Both the position numbers and the translations under genes were made by a program. 32,000 bases of DNA from an uncultured Nitrososphaerota archaeon (GTDB lineage Archaea > Korarchaeota > Korarchaeia > Korarchaeales > Korarchaeaceae), in NCBI GenBank assembly GCA_964480775.1, contig CAYZRF010000002.1, forward strand, positions 90,001 to 122,000, in the 5' to 3' direction. Under the pieces are notes generated by a model that worked only from the letters and a program-made list of their open reading frames with translations, made no database searches and was not told the origin of the DNA. Numbering within the stretch: the first letter of the stretch is position 1; every line of letters begins with the position of its first letter. Positions 1 through 8,490 of this stretch are shown piece by piece.

Positions 1-526
1 TAACCTTCATTCCCCTGTATCTCTTCAAATCCAAACCTTCTTCGACATGTGGTTCAATTATCTCTTTAGATTTTGGTCCTTGAACTGCTATCATTACAGT
101 TTGGGAGGTTATATCCTTAATCTTTACATCAAGCTTCCATTTGTCTATGAGATGGAGAAGCCAACCATATATCTTCTCTCTTGTCGATGCGTTGGTAACT
201 TCTAAGTAAACATCCTCTTCTAGCCTAAGGATGACCTCGTCATCTTTGATTCCGCCATTTTCATTGAGAAAAAGAGTGTACCTAGCTCTGCCGGGATTGA
301 CGTCCATGTCATTTGTTGTTGCTCGCTGTAAAAGTTTTACAGCATCTTTTCCTTCAATCAAAAACCTTCCCATATGAGATACATCAAATACGCCGCAGCG
401 ATTTCGTACGGCTAATGTTTCCTTCAGAGGTGAGATATAGTAAAGTGGCAAATGCCAGCCCGCAAATTCTACAAACTTTGCACCCATTTTAGCCTGAATT
501 TCTTTTAGAGGGGTTTCTAGAGACAT
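1..526 (-). CDS. gcvT: Glycine cleavage system T protein (aminomethyltransferase), N-terminal part; the gene continues past the window start
   Basis: Manual translation of the minus strand from ATG at 526-524: MSLETPLKEIQAKMGAKFVEFAGWHLPLYYISPLKETLAVRNRCGVFDVSHMGRFLIEGKDA... The GW.LPL.Y and FDVSHMG blocks are typical of the GcvT N-terminus. No stop codon down to position 1. It is absent from the ORF track because it is truncated. Confidence 0.85.
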   Translation of the reverse strand, partial: MSLETPLKEIQAKMGAKFVEFAGWHLPLYYISPLKETLAVRNRCGVFDVSHMGRFLIEGKDAVKLLQRATTNDMDVNPGRARYTLFLNENGGIKDDEVILRLEEDVYLEVTNASTREKIYGWLLHLIDKWKLDVKIKDITSQTVMIAVQGPKSKEIIEPHVEEGLDLKRYRGMKV

Positions 527-592
527 CGATGCTGTTGATATGACTTAATGTTAAAATTCTATGCCACCTTTAGGAATTATGTGTGACTGAAT

Positions 593-1957
593 ATGAAGGA
601 AGGAGAACTCATTGAACTGCTATCTGGCATTGTAGGAGCTGAAAATGTCCTTACGGGAGAAATAGAGTTGGCATCTTATTCCTATGATGCTTCTAACATA
701 AGAGGTTATCCTAGTATTGTTGTAAGACCCTCAAATAGCCAAGAGGTTTCTGAAATCTTAAAGATTGCAAATGAAACGGGAACTCCTGTGACCCCCCGTG
801 GCTCCGGCACATCCGTAGTGGGAGGTTCCGTTCCAATAAAAGGAGGCATTGTCGTTGATCTACTTAGAATGGACAAGATCATTGAAGTGGATGAGGACAA
901 CTTACTAGCTACGGTAGAAGCTGGAGTCACTGTATCTGAACTCAATAAAGCAATCGAAAACAAGAGCTTCTATCCGATAGACCCGGAAGTAAGAGGACTT
1001 TCCACTATTGGAGGCATCTTGGCAGAAGATTCGGCCTGTCCACTAACGGCAGAGTACGGTACAGCAAGAGATAATGTCTTTGAGATTGAAGTTGTGTTGC
1101 CTGAGGGTAAAATAGTTCACCTTGGGACTAAAGCCCCTTCAAAACAAAGAGGTTTGATTGACTTAATGATAGGATCAGAGGGCACGCTGGGGATCATAAC
1201 AAAAGCAACCGTAAAACTTTCTGCAAAGCCCGAGGCAAGATATGGTTTCTTCATTAAGATGAGCGATAGCTCTGATGCTATTTCTATAGTGCAAGAGGCA
1301 GAGAAAAAAGGAATAAGAATATCTGCTTTTCAGGCAATTTATAGGGATGCACTCAAAGAAATAGAAGAGGAAATAAGTACTGATTACATAGATTTCGCAG
1401 GGTTAATAGAGCTAAGGGGAGAATCTTTATGGCTTTCTTCTTGGATTCCAAAAATGCGTGAGATAATCTCTGAGTTAGATCCTGTGGAAGTTGAAGAAAT
1501 TGAGGAGGAAGGGATTGAAGAGTATTGGGATAAAGTGTCGGTTGTTTATGAGGTAATGAAGAAAAAAGGATTGACAGGATTCTCCATTAGCTTCACAATT
1601 TATAGGGATAGGATGAGAGATCTTCTTCAAAGGATAGATCAAGCATCAATGAGACTAAACTTACCGTCTATCACGACATTTCATCCAACTCTCGGTTGGA
1701 TAATTGCTACCTTTCTCTTTGGCCCAGAAGATAAAAAGGAGAGCGAGAGAGCCGAAAAGGCCATCGGCTTTGTTGGAGAAGAGGTCTCAAGGTTAGGAGG
1801 CTCCATAGGATTTGGAACAGGGATTGGTGTCTCGATGATTAACCAATACTTCAAATCATCCCCCGAAGCCGTTAGACTTTTTGCTGTACTAAAGAAATCC
1901 TTTGATCCTAAGAATATAATGAATCCTGGAAAGCTAATTCCCTCGAGGGAGATTTGA
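593..1957 (+). CDS. FAD-linked oxidase, GlcD / D-lactate dehydrogenase family
   Basis: 454 aa. The N-terminal FAD-binding PCMH-type region (VVRPSNSQEVSEILKIANETGTPVTPRGSGTSVVGGSVP) and C-terminal NPGKL are typical of the GlcD/Dld family. Its stop abuts the start of the next gene (TGAATG). Confidence 0.8.
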   Translation: MKEGELIELLSGIVGAENVLTGEIELASYSYDASNIRGYPSIVVRPSNSQEVSEILKIANETGTPVTPRGSGTSVVGGSVPIKGGIVVDLLRMDKIIEVDEDNLLATVEAGVTVSELNKAIENKSFYPIDPEVRGLSTIGGILAEDSACPLTAEYGTARDNVFEIEVVLPEGKIVHLGTKAPSKQRGLIDLMIGSEGTLGIITKATVKLSAKPEARYGFFIKMSDSSDAISIVQEAEKKGIRISAFQAIYRDALKEIEEEISTDYIDFAGLIELRGESLWLSSWIPKMREIISELDPVEVEEIEEEGIEEYWDKVSVVYEVMKKKGLTGFSISFTIYRDRMRDLLQRIDQASMRLNLPSITTFHPTLGWIIATFLFGPEDKKESERAEKAIGFVGEEVSRLGGSIGFGTGIGVSMINQYFKSSPEAVRLFAVLKKSFDPKNIMNPGKLIPSREI

Positions 1958-3037
1958 ATGAGCGTCTTTCCCAAGCCACTACTTAAGAATCTAGATCTCT
2001 GCATAAAATGTGGGGCATGTAATCAAGTATGCCCCCTTTTTATTTCACAGGAAAAAAAGGAGTTCTTAGGACCAAGAGCCTACCTTCAGATTCCTAGGCT
2101 AATCGAAGAGGAAATGAAAATATCGGTTGACTTCATAGAATACACATACGAATGTACAATGTGTGGCCTCTGCGACAGCGTCTGTCCTGTTGGCATCCAA
2201 ATCTCTAAGCTAATATTGGCTGTTAGGGAGGCTTTAATTGATCAAGGATATGTTCCACCTCCACAAATAGCTAGCATGCCAACAAAACTATCTGAAGAGG
2301 GGTTGGCTTTTGGTAGCAGGGAATTGAAGGCAAGATGGCTACCCCCAGACTACCAACCAGCTAAAGGAGGGACGTTTTTCTTCTCCACTTGTTTGTCTAG
2401 CGAAGCTCCCGAGTCTGCAACAGCAGCCTTTCATCTTCTTAGAAGATTTATGGATATAGAAACTATTGGAAGAGACGAACTGTGTTGTGGAGCCTTTCTA
2501 AGGCTGGCAGGCTATAAATATCTCTCCGAAGGAGCCTTAGAAGAGTGCGAAAATCAATTAGGAACCCTAAATATAAGGAAACTCGTGGTTTTATCGCGTC
2601 CATGTGTAGATTTCATTCGAAAGTTAAGGGAGATAGACGCAATCCATATAGTTGAGGCAATAAAAGAGGCCATAGATAATAAAAGGCTTAGGCTCAATGA
2701 TTCTAAGAAAGAGTTAAGTTTGGGAATGGTTGGCTATTGCGATTCTCATGAGTTGAACTATTTTGCAGAGGATATTCTCTCTCAAATAAGGGGCATAAAA
2801 ATCGCAGATATGCCTTCATGGGCAACATGTGGGGTGGGGTCACTTCTGTCTTTTAAGGCTGGATCGAAAGGAATAAGGGGACATTTCCTAAAAATATTCC
2901 AGCTCGCTAAAGAAATGAAGTTGAACTCATTAGTTTTCTTGGATTCCTCTCTATACTTGATCGCAAGAGAGATATCTAAGGGCAAAACTAAGATTCGTAT
3001 ATATGATGTTCCGCAATTTCTCGTAAGATTTCTGTGA
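1958..3037 (+). CDS. Fe-S oxidoreductase, GlcF / HdrD-like subunit (two 4Fe-4S motifs plus a CCG domain)
   Basis: CIKCGACNQVCP and CTMCGLCDSVCP ferredoxin-type motifs, and an ELCCGAF cysteine-rich CCG motif. It starts immediately after the GlcD-like gene. Confidence 0.7.
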   Translation: MSVFPKPLLKNLDLCIKCGACNQVCPLFISQEKKEFLGPRAYLQIPRLIEEEMKISVDFIEYTYECTMCGLCDSVCPVGIQISKLILAVREALIDQGYVPPPQIASMPTKLSEEGLAFGSRELKARWLPPDYQPAKGGTFFFSTCLSSEAPESATAAFHLLRRFMDIETIGRDELCCGAFLRLAGYKYLSEGALEECENQLGTLNIRKLVVLSRPCVDFIRKLREIDAIHIVEAIKEAIDNKRLRLNDSKKELSLGMVGYCDSHELNYFAEDILSQIRGIKIADMPSWATCGVGSLLSFKAGSKGIRGHFLKIFQLAKEMKLNSLVFLDSSLYLIAREISKGKTKIRIYDVPQFLVRFL

Positions 3038-4412
3038 CATTGGAAGGACAACCTACACTTAGATATTCAAAGCCAGACTGTTCTACAAATTTTCTTTCAA
3101 AGATGTGCTTTCCATCAAAGAATATTGGATTCTCTTTACAAAGTGATCTTATTTTATCTAGATCCATCCTAAGAAGAATAGAATGTTCTGCACCAATAAC
3201 TATGCAATCTGACCCTCTAACTGCTTCTTCTAAGCTACCACAGATTTTACCTATGTTTTTAGGAACTTCTTTTACCAGAGGATCATAAACCTTGATCCTA
3301 AAGCCTCGTTCCTTAAGATTTTGTATAAGCGCAAGTACGGGACTGTTTCTATAATCGCTCACATCTCCTTTGTAGGTTATGCCTAAGATTGTGATTAGTG
3401 ATTCGTTGGGTTTCTTCCCACAACTTTTTATTGCTTTTGTTATTAACATAGCTGCGTGTTTTGGCAATTCTTCGTTAAGCTTTCTTGCCGTTCTAATGAC
3501 ATTCAAATTAATGTTATGATCTGAAACAGAACTAAGTAAAAAATAGGGATCCTTTGTTAGACAGCTTCCTCCAACGCCTATTCCAGGTCTTAGTAAATTT
3601 ACCCTCGGATGAAGGTTAGCAAGAGCTCTTACTTCGTTTACATCAACACCAAAAGCTTCACAAATTAATGCAATGGTATTAGCAAAGGCAATGTTCACGT
3701 CTCTATAAGAGTTTTCAACCAATTTCACAAGCTCTGCTGTCCTCACATGCGTTACCCTTACGCTTTCTCTCGTAAAATTAGAATAAAGTAATGATGCTAG
3801 CTTACCCGATGATTCGTCAATTACTCCAATTATTCTGCTTGCCTCAGAAAGCTCCTTAAGCAATCTTCCAGGCATAGCTCTTTCTGGGCAATATGCTAGA
3901 AAGATGTCTTCTCCGATGAAGAGATTTTCTTTCTCTAAGAGAGGCAATATAATATCTTCTATCGTCTTGGGCGGAATCGTACTCTCAATAATAAGAAGAA
4001 CAGGCAGATATCTCCCCTTTACATAAGAAAGTATGAGATTTAGAGCAGACAACAAATATCTAAGATCTGGTCTTCCATCTAACAATGCTGGCGTCTGAAC
4101 TGCTATTATATAAACATCTCTATCCTTCAAAGCTACTCTAGCCCTGTTTTCCGGGATATATTTTCCAGATAGAAGACATTTTTTGAGGATTTCCTCAATG
4201 CCTGGTTCTGAAAATCTACTTCTGCCATTTCTTAGGTTTTCAATAAGCTCTTTGTTGATATCAAAGCCAATAACGTGATATCCTGCTTTACACAATAATA
4301 AAGCCAGGGGTAAGCCTATATATCCTTGGCCTAATACAGTTATTCTCGCTCTTTTTTCTTGAATTCTGGAAAGCAGTGACTCATATCCGTTTAGTTCACG
4401 CATGCTTATCAT
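2988..4412 (-). CDS. Nucleotide-sugar dehydrogenase (UDP-ManNAc / UDP-glucose 6-dehydrogenase family)
   Basis: Rossmann motif ITVLGQGYIGLPLA and catalytic-Cys motif GGSCLTKD. 474 aa. The last ~17 codons overlap the convergent GlcF-like gene. Confidence 0.8.
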   Translation of the reverse strand: MISMRELNGYESLLSRIQEKRARITVLGQGYIGLPLALLLCKAGYHVIGFDINKELIENLRNGRSRFSEPGIEEILKKCLLSGKYIPENRARVALKDRDVYIIAVQTPALLDGRPDLRYLLSALNLILSYVKGRYLPVLLIIESTIPPKTIEDIILPLLEKENLFIGEDIFLAYCPERAMPGRLLKELSEASRIIGVIDESSGKLASLLYSNFTRESVRVTHVRTAELVKLVENSYRDVNIAFANTIALICEAFGVDVNEVRALANLHPRVNLLRPGIGVGGSCLTKDPYFLLSSVSDHNINLNVIRTARKLNEELPKHAAMLITKAIKSCGKKPNESLITILGITYKGDVSDYRNSPVLALIQNLKERGFRIKVYDPLVKEVPKNIGKICGSLEEAVRGSDCIVIGAEHSILLRMDLDKIRSLCKENPIFFDGKHIFERKFVEQSGFEYLSVGCPSNVTEILREIAEHHIYES

Positions 4413-4571
4413 GATCTTCTAAAATAGAGATTTTTAATGCTTTTCCGAGAAAACAATGAAACTGATGAAATCGAGAGCACGCGATTCGGAGAAACTCCTT
4501 ATCAACCGAGAACGTATCTTTCCCTCCAAATTCCCATGAGTTCCAAAAAAGATAGTCGTTCAAGGCGTTAT

Positions 4572-4778
4572 CTATAAAACTAGAGTTCCTCTCTGTTCCC
4601 TTACCTTTAGTCTGGTAAGATAACCAGCTATACGGTTCCTGTATTCCTTAGACTTAACGTCAACAACTTTCGCAACTAGCATTTTATTGTGTTCAAAGTC
4701 AGTGCTCCAAAGTTCTGGATACTCCTTAATGAGCCTATATGCTATTCTCTTTATCGTTCTTTCCCTCACAGTACCCAT
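4572..4778 (-). CDS. rps17e: 30S ribosomal protein S17e
   Basis: 68 aa. MGTVRERTIKRIAYRLIKEYPELWSTDFEHNKMLV matches the conserved S17e N-terminus (R..IKR.A..L......F..DFE.NK). Confidence 0.9.
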   Translation of the reverse strand: MGTVRERTIKRIAYRLIKEYPELWSTDFEHNKMLVAKVVDVKSKEYRNRIAGYLTRLKVREQRGTLVL

Positions 4779-4961
4779 ATGATATCTACCTTCTTCACAC
4801 TATTTGAAGACCTGCATTTAATTCTTTATGTTCCTCCACAGATCACATTCTATTCTAGAAATCCCAGATATCGGCAATACTTATCCGATCATTCCAAGGT
4901 TTTGGAATGAAAATTTGCGAATTTTTCAAATACAAGCAGAAATATAATCTCACACAACTGA

Positions 4962-4969
4962 TTTATACT
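4962..4969 (+). promoter_or_regulatory. Candidate TATA box for the polyprenyl synthase gene
   Basis: TTTATACT lies about 28 nt upstream of ATG 4997. This fits a leaderless or short-leader transcript and argues for the internal ATG start. Confidence 0.35.
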
Positions 4970-4996
4970 TCATTAATTGAAGTCACAGGATGTGAC

Positions 4997-6067
4997 ATGG
5001 AAAAGCAACTTAACTTACTACGTACTAAATATCTTCCTTTGATCGAGCAAGAAATAAGAGAGTTCTTCAAAGAAAAAATTTCGATCCAGAAAGATGATGT
5101 CGTTGTTAAATACTATGAAGAGCTCTCCTCCTATATTCTAAGAGGAGGTAAGAGACTTAGGCCTCTTGCCTTGATCTCCTCATATTATGGATTCAAGAAC
5201 AGGCAAGAGGGCAACATCATAAGAGCATCGATCTCTGTTGAGCTGCTCCATAATTCTTCCTTAATCCACGATGATATAATGGACGAAAGTCTTAAGAGAA
5301 GGGGAGGACCCTCCTTTCATTATCAGATGGAGGACTGGTCGCGTCTATCTTCGACAACTCCGGCACCAAGAAATGCGGGTATCTCAATAGGAATCCTTGG
5401 TGGAGATAGCTTAATAGAACTTGGTCTTGAAGCTCTTTTGGAATCTGGTTTTCCAGAAAAAACCCTGATGAAAGCAGCTTTCGAATATCTGATAGCATAT
5501 AGAAAACTAATTGAAGGTCAACTTTTGGACCTTTACCTAAGTACTGTTACAATGCCTACGGAAGATGAAGTTCTTAGAATGCTCTCCCTCAAAACAGGAA
5601 CTCTGTTTTCTGCTTCGCTTGCAATGGGCGGCATACTGGCAGGAGCTTCAGAAAAAGCATTGAGATTTCTTAAAAACTTCGGTCGGAGGGTTGGCGTGGC
5701 GTTTCAGCTTCAAGATGATATCCTTGGACTATATGGCGACGAAAATGTTATAGGAAAACCAGCAGATAGCGACGTTAAGGAGGGAAAAAGAACTCTTCTT
5801 ATAGTAAGAGCATGGAAATTGGCTGCTGAGGCAGATAGGAAAAAATTATTGGAAATTCTTGGAAATAAAGATATAGGTTCGGATGAATTAAATTACGTCA
5901 GAAACATAGTCAAAAATTTGGGAGTTCTTGACTATACCAAAGAAACCGCTTTAAATCTCCTAAGAGAGAACGAGAAGGATATAGAAGGTAATAAAAACAT
6001 GTTTGAAAAGGATTTTGTCGAATTTCTTAAAGAATTGAATGAAATAGTGGTCGCGCGGTCTTTTTAA
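4997..6067 (+). CDS. Trans-polyprenyl diphosphate synthase (GGPP synthase family; product chain length uncertain)
   Basis: First aspartate-rich motif LIHDDIMDE and second motif FQLQDDILG. The track ORF starts at 4907, but the homologous region begins at MEKQLNLLRTKYLPLIEQEI (ATG 4997), which has a TATA-like element upstream. Confidence 0.85.
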   Translation: MEKQLNLLRTKYLPLIEQEIREFFKEKISIQKDDVVVKYYEELSSYILRGGKRLRPLALISSYYGFKNRQEGNIIRASISVELLHNSSLIHDDIMDESLKRRGGPSFHYQMEDWSRLSSTTPAPRNAGISIGILGGDSLIELGLEALLESGFPEKTLMKAAFEYLIAYRKLIEGQLLDLYLSTVTMPTEDEVLRMLSLKTGTLFSASLAMGGILAGASEKALRFLKNFGRRVGVAFQLQDDILGLYGDENVIGKPADSDVKEGKRTLLIVRAWKLAAEADRKKLLEILGNKDIGSDELNYVRNIVKNLGVLDYTKETALNLLRENEKDIEGNKNMFEKDFVEFLKELNEIVVARSF

Positions 6068-6069
6068 AT
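6062..6069 (+). promoter_or_regulatory. TATA box (TTTTAAAT) for the downstream sRNA
   Basis: A consensus-like archaeal TATA that overlaps the stop codon of the preceding gene. Its centre lies ~26 nt upstream of G6091, the first base of the sRNA hairpin. Confidence 0.5.
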
Positions 6070-6090
6070 GACTTGGCTACTATTTAACTT

Positions 6091-6170
6091 GCCTACCACC
6101 ACATGACCCGAGGTGAGAGAGGACGGCGTGGGCCGATCTTTGATCCTTGGGACTAGTTGGTAGGCGAACA
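6091..6170 (+). ncRNA. Candidate H/ACA-box pseudouridylation guide sRNA (single hairpin with K-turn)
   Basis: Lower stem 6091-6098 GCCTACCA pairs with 6158-6165 TGGTAGGC. The internal pocket is 6099-6106 and 6152-6157. Upper stem 6107-6113 CCCGAGG pairs with 6145-6151 CCTTGGG. K-turn: T6114-G6115-A6116 oppose the TTT bulge (6139-6141) followed by G6142-A6143-T6144. Distal stem 6117-6122 pairs with 6133-6138. The ACA box sits at 6168-6170. Confidence 0.65.
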
Positions 6171-6221
6171 ATCTAATGTAATGATACTTTCGTTTAGATT
6201 GTATTAGGGTGGACGATTGTC

Positions 6222-7403
6222 ATGAATCAGTATGAGCCTACCCCCTCTCATAAGTACTTGGCAACATTTAGTATAGAAGTGAGGGGAGTAGTAGAGCCGA
6301 GTGATGTAATAGGTGCAATTTTTGGTCAAGTTGAAGGATTGTTAGGTCCGGAGCTTGAGCTTAGAGAGCTTCAGCAGTCTGGCAAGGTGGGAAGGATTGT
6401 CGTTAAACTAAGACGTAGGGATAACCATTCTGTTGGCATCATAGAACTTAGGTCAAACTTAGACAGGATAAGAACAGCTTTGCTTGTAGCTGCCATAGAA
6501 ACAGTAGATAAGGTTGGTCCTTATCAAGCCTCACTGTCATTGCAAAAGATTGTAGATGAAAGGGAGAGCGATAGAGAGAAAATAAGGAAAAGAGCGATAG
6601 ATATACTCAGGCACTGGGGAGCCAAGGCAGAGGAAAGTTATAGAAATCTCATCGACCAAGTAGTCAAAGAAACTGCAACAATGCGATTGACCTACTATGG
6701 ACCTGAAAAATTGCCTTGCGGGGTTGGGGTAAGGGATTCTGGGGAAATTATTGTTGTTGAAGGGAGAGCTGACGTAAATAATCTGTTACGTTATGGTTTT
6801 GACAATGTTATTGCTGTAGGTGGGGCTGTAGAGAAAATTCCTAAGAGTTTAGTTGAGCTAATATCAAAGAAAGAATCGATAGCATTCGTAGATGGAGACA
6901 GGGGAGGAGAAATGATTCTAAGGTCTTTACTGGAACAGACCGACATTGACTATGTAGCAAGAGCTCCTAAAGGAAAAGGAGTAGAAAATCTGACAGCAAA
7001 AGAGATTAGAAAGGCTCTTTCTTCTGCAATCCCTGCTGAAGAAGCTAGGAACCTTCTTGGTCTGAAACAGGCAAAAGAAGAGATTAGAAAAGTAGAAACC
7101 AAGCAACCAACTGTATCTGAAAGAATACCTCAACCACTGATGCAATTCTTTAAAGAAGTAGAAAATAAGCGAGAAGCCATTCTTCTAGATGAAAAACTGA
7201 AAGTAATTGCTAAAGTACCAATTAATTCCCTTTATGAAACACTAGATAACTATGAAGGGGTAAGATATGTGATCTATTCTGGAATAATTACACAGAGGAT
7301 AATAGAAAAGGCATTTGCTGCTGGCGTTAAAATGATAGTTGGAGGTAGTACGCACAACATATCGAAGATACCTGCGGGAATAAAGGTTGTGACTGCTGGC
7401 TGA
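6222..7403 (+). CDS. dnaG: Archaeal DnaG primase (Toprim domain; exosome-associated)
   Basis: The N-terminus KYLATFSIEVRGVVEPSDVIGAIFGQVEGLLGPELELRELQQSGKVGRI is the conserved archaeal DnaG signature. Toprim block: IIVVEGRADVNNLLRYGFDNVIAVGG ... VDGDRGGE. Confidence 0.9.
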   Translation: MNQYEPTPSHKYLATFSIEVRGVVEPSDVIGAIFGQVEGLLGPELELRELQQSGKVGRIVVKLRRRDNHSVGIIELRSNLDRIRTALLVAAIETVDKVGPYQASLSLQKIVDERESDREKIRKRAIDILRHWGAKAEESYRNLIDQVVKETATMRLTYYGPEKLPCGVGVRDSGEIIVVEGRADVNNLLRYGFDNVIAVGGAVEKIPKSLVELISKKESIAFVDGDRGGEMILRSLLEQTDIDYVARAPKGKGVENLTAKEIRKALSSAIPAEEARNLLGLKQAKEEIRKVETKQPTVSERIPQPLMQFFKEVENKREAILLDEKLKVIAKVPINSLYETLDNYEGVRYVIYSGIITQRIIEKAFAAGVKMIVGGSTHNISKIPAGIKVVTAG

Positions 7404-8483
7404 GTGAGCATGAAAATACTATCGTTAAATGCTAAAGAAAGGGAGCTAGTGGTCAGAATAGAGAGGTTAGAGGATCTATATTGGTTAACTGGAATAATAG
7501 AATATGGAGATCTAGTTACAGCCGTTACCACTAGAAAAATAAGGGTTGGAGGAAGAGAAAGCAACAAAACAGAACGAATCCCAATGAAATTAACCTTGCG
7601 AGTTGAGAAGATAACAATAGATCCTTATTCTTACAGAACAAGGATATCTGGCATCGTGTTAGAGTGCCCAGAAAAATACTCCGTTAAGGGGAGACATCAC
7701 ACTATTAACGTAAGAGAGGGATCCACCATAAAGATTGTAAAATCAAAGTGGCATTCGGCATTTTTAACTTTGCTAGATAGAGCGAAGAAGGCAAACATTA
7801 AAGCAACAATCCTTTTGATAGCTATGGATGAAGAAAAAGCTGTAATTGGTAGTGTTGATGAGTACGGATTGAGAGAGCTGGCAGAGATAAAATCACTGAT
7901 CCCATCAAAGGGTGCTGGAGACATAGATAGATCCTCATATGAGAGGGCCTATTTTAAGAGGCTAGCAGACACGATTCAAGAATATTTAGATCGATTTAAT
8001 GCAGAAGCACTTATAGTAGCTGGTCCTGGTTTCATGAAAGAGAAATTTCTGTCTTACTTGTCTGAAAAAAAGCCGTCTCTTGCTTCGATAGCAAAAATAG
8101 GACAAGCGTCATCAGCTACAATAAATGGACTTGAGGAGATATTGAAGAGGGGGGAGTTCAAGAAGCTACTTCAAGATATTTCTATAACTCTACACTCTAA
8201 ACTTATGGAAGAATTCTTACTTAGGGTGTCAAAGAAAAGGAATCTGATTGCTTACGGTCTTGATGATGTTAAGGCTGCAGTAGATGCGGGAGCTGTGGAA
8301 GAGATACTTGTACTTGATAAGCTACTTTTTTCGCCCGATTACAAAGCCGAGGTTCTCAACATATTGGATATGTGTGAAAAAACGAGGGCAGAATTTCATA
8401 TATTTAGTTCAAGAAGTGAACCTGGACGCTTATTGCAGAACTTCGGTGGAATTGCTGCGTTATTAAGATATCCGATAACATAA
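7404..8483 (+). CDS. pelA: Pelota (Dom34) mRNA surveillance / ribosome rescue factor
   Basis: MKILSLNAKERELVVRIERLEDLYWL is a typical Pelota N-terminus, followed by an eRF1-like central and C-terminal region. The track start is GTG 7404, directly after the dnaG stop. ATG 7410 is an equally plausible start. Confidence 0.9.
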   Translation: MSMKILSLNAKERELVVRIERLEDLYWLTGIIEYGDLVTAVTTRKIRVGGRESNKTERIPMKLTLRVEKITIDPYSYRTRISGIVLECPEKYSVKGRHHTINVREGSTIKIVKSKWHSAFLTLLDRAKKANIKATILLIAMDEEKAVIGSVDEYGLRELAEIKSLIPSKGAGDIDRSSYERAYFKRLADTIQEYLDRFNAEALIVAGPGFMKEKFLSYLSEKKPSLASIAKIGQASSATINGLEEILKRGEFKKLLQDISITLHSKLMEEFLLRVSKKRNLIAYGLDDVKAAVDAGAVEEILVLDKLLFSPDYKAEVLNILDMCEKTRAEFHIFSSRSEPGRLLQNFGGIAALLRYPIT

Positions 8484-8490
8484 AACAAAA

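Noticed and set aside
4462-4468. Box C-like CTGATGA in the S17e / dehydrogenase spacer (possible C/D sRNA)
   Set aside because: No CTGA box D, no C'/D' boxes and no terminal stem at the expected 50-70 nt spacing on either strand.
4907-4996. 30-codon N-terminal extension of the prenyl synthase ORF
   Set aside because: Family homology starts at the internal Met (ATG 4997). A TATA-like element lies inside the extension at the right distance for that ATG.
6170-6202. Second hairpin after the ACA box, considered as a second H/ACA unit
   Set aside because: No ACA or K-turn follows it and the loop is unstructured. I kept it only as a caveat on the sRNA finding.
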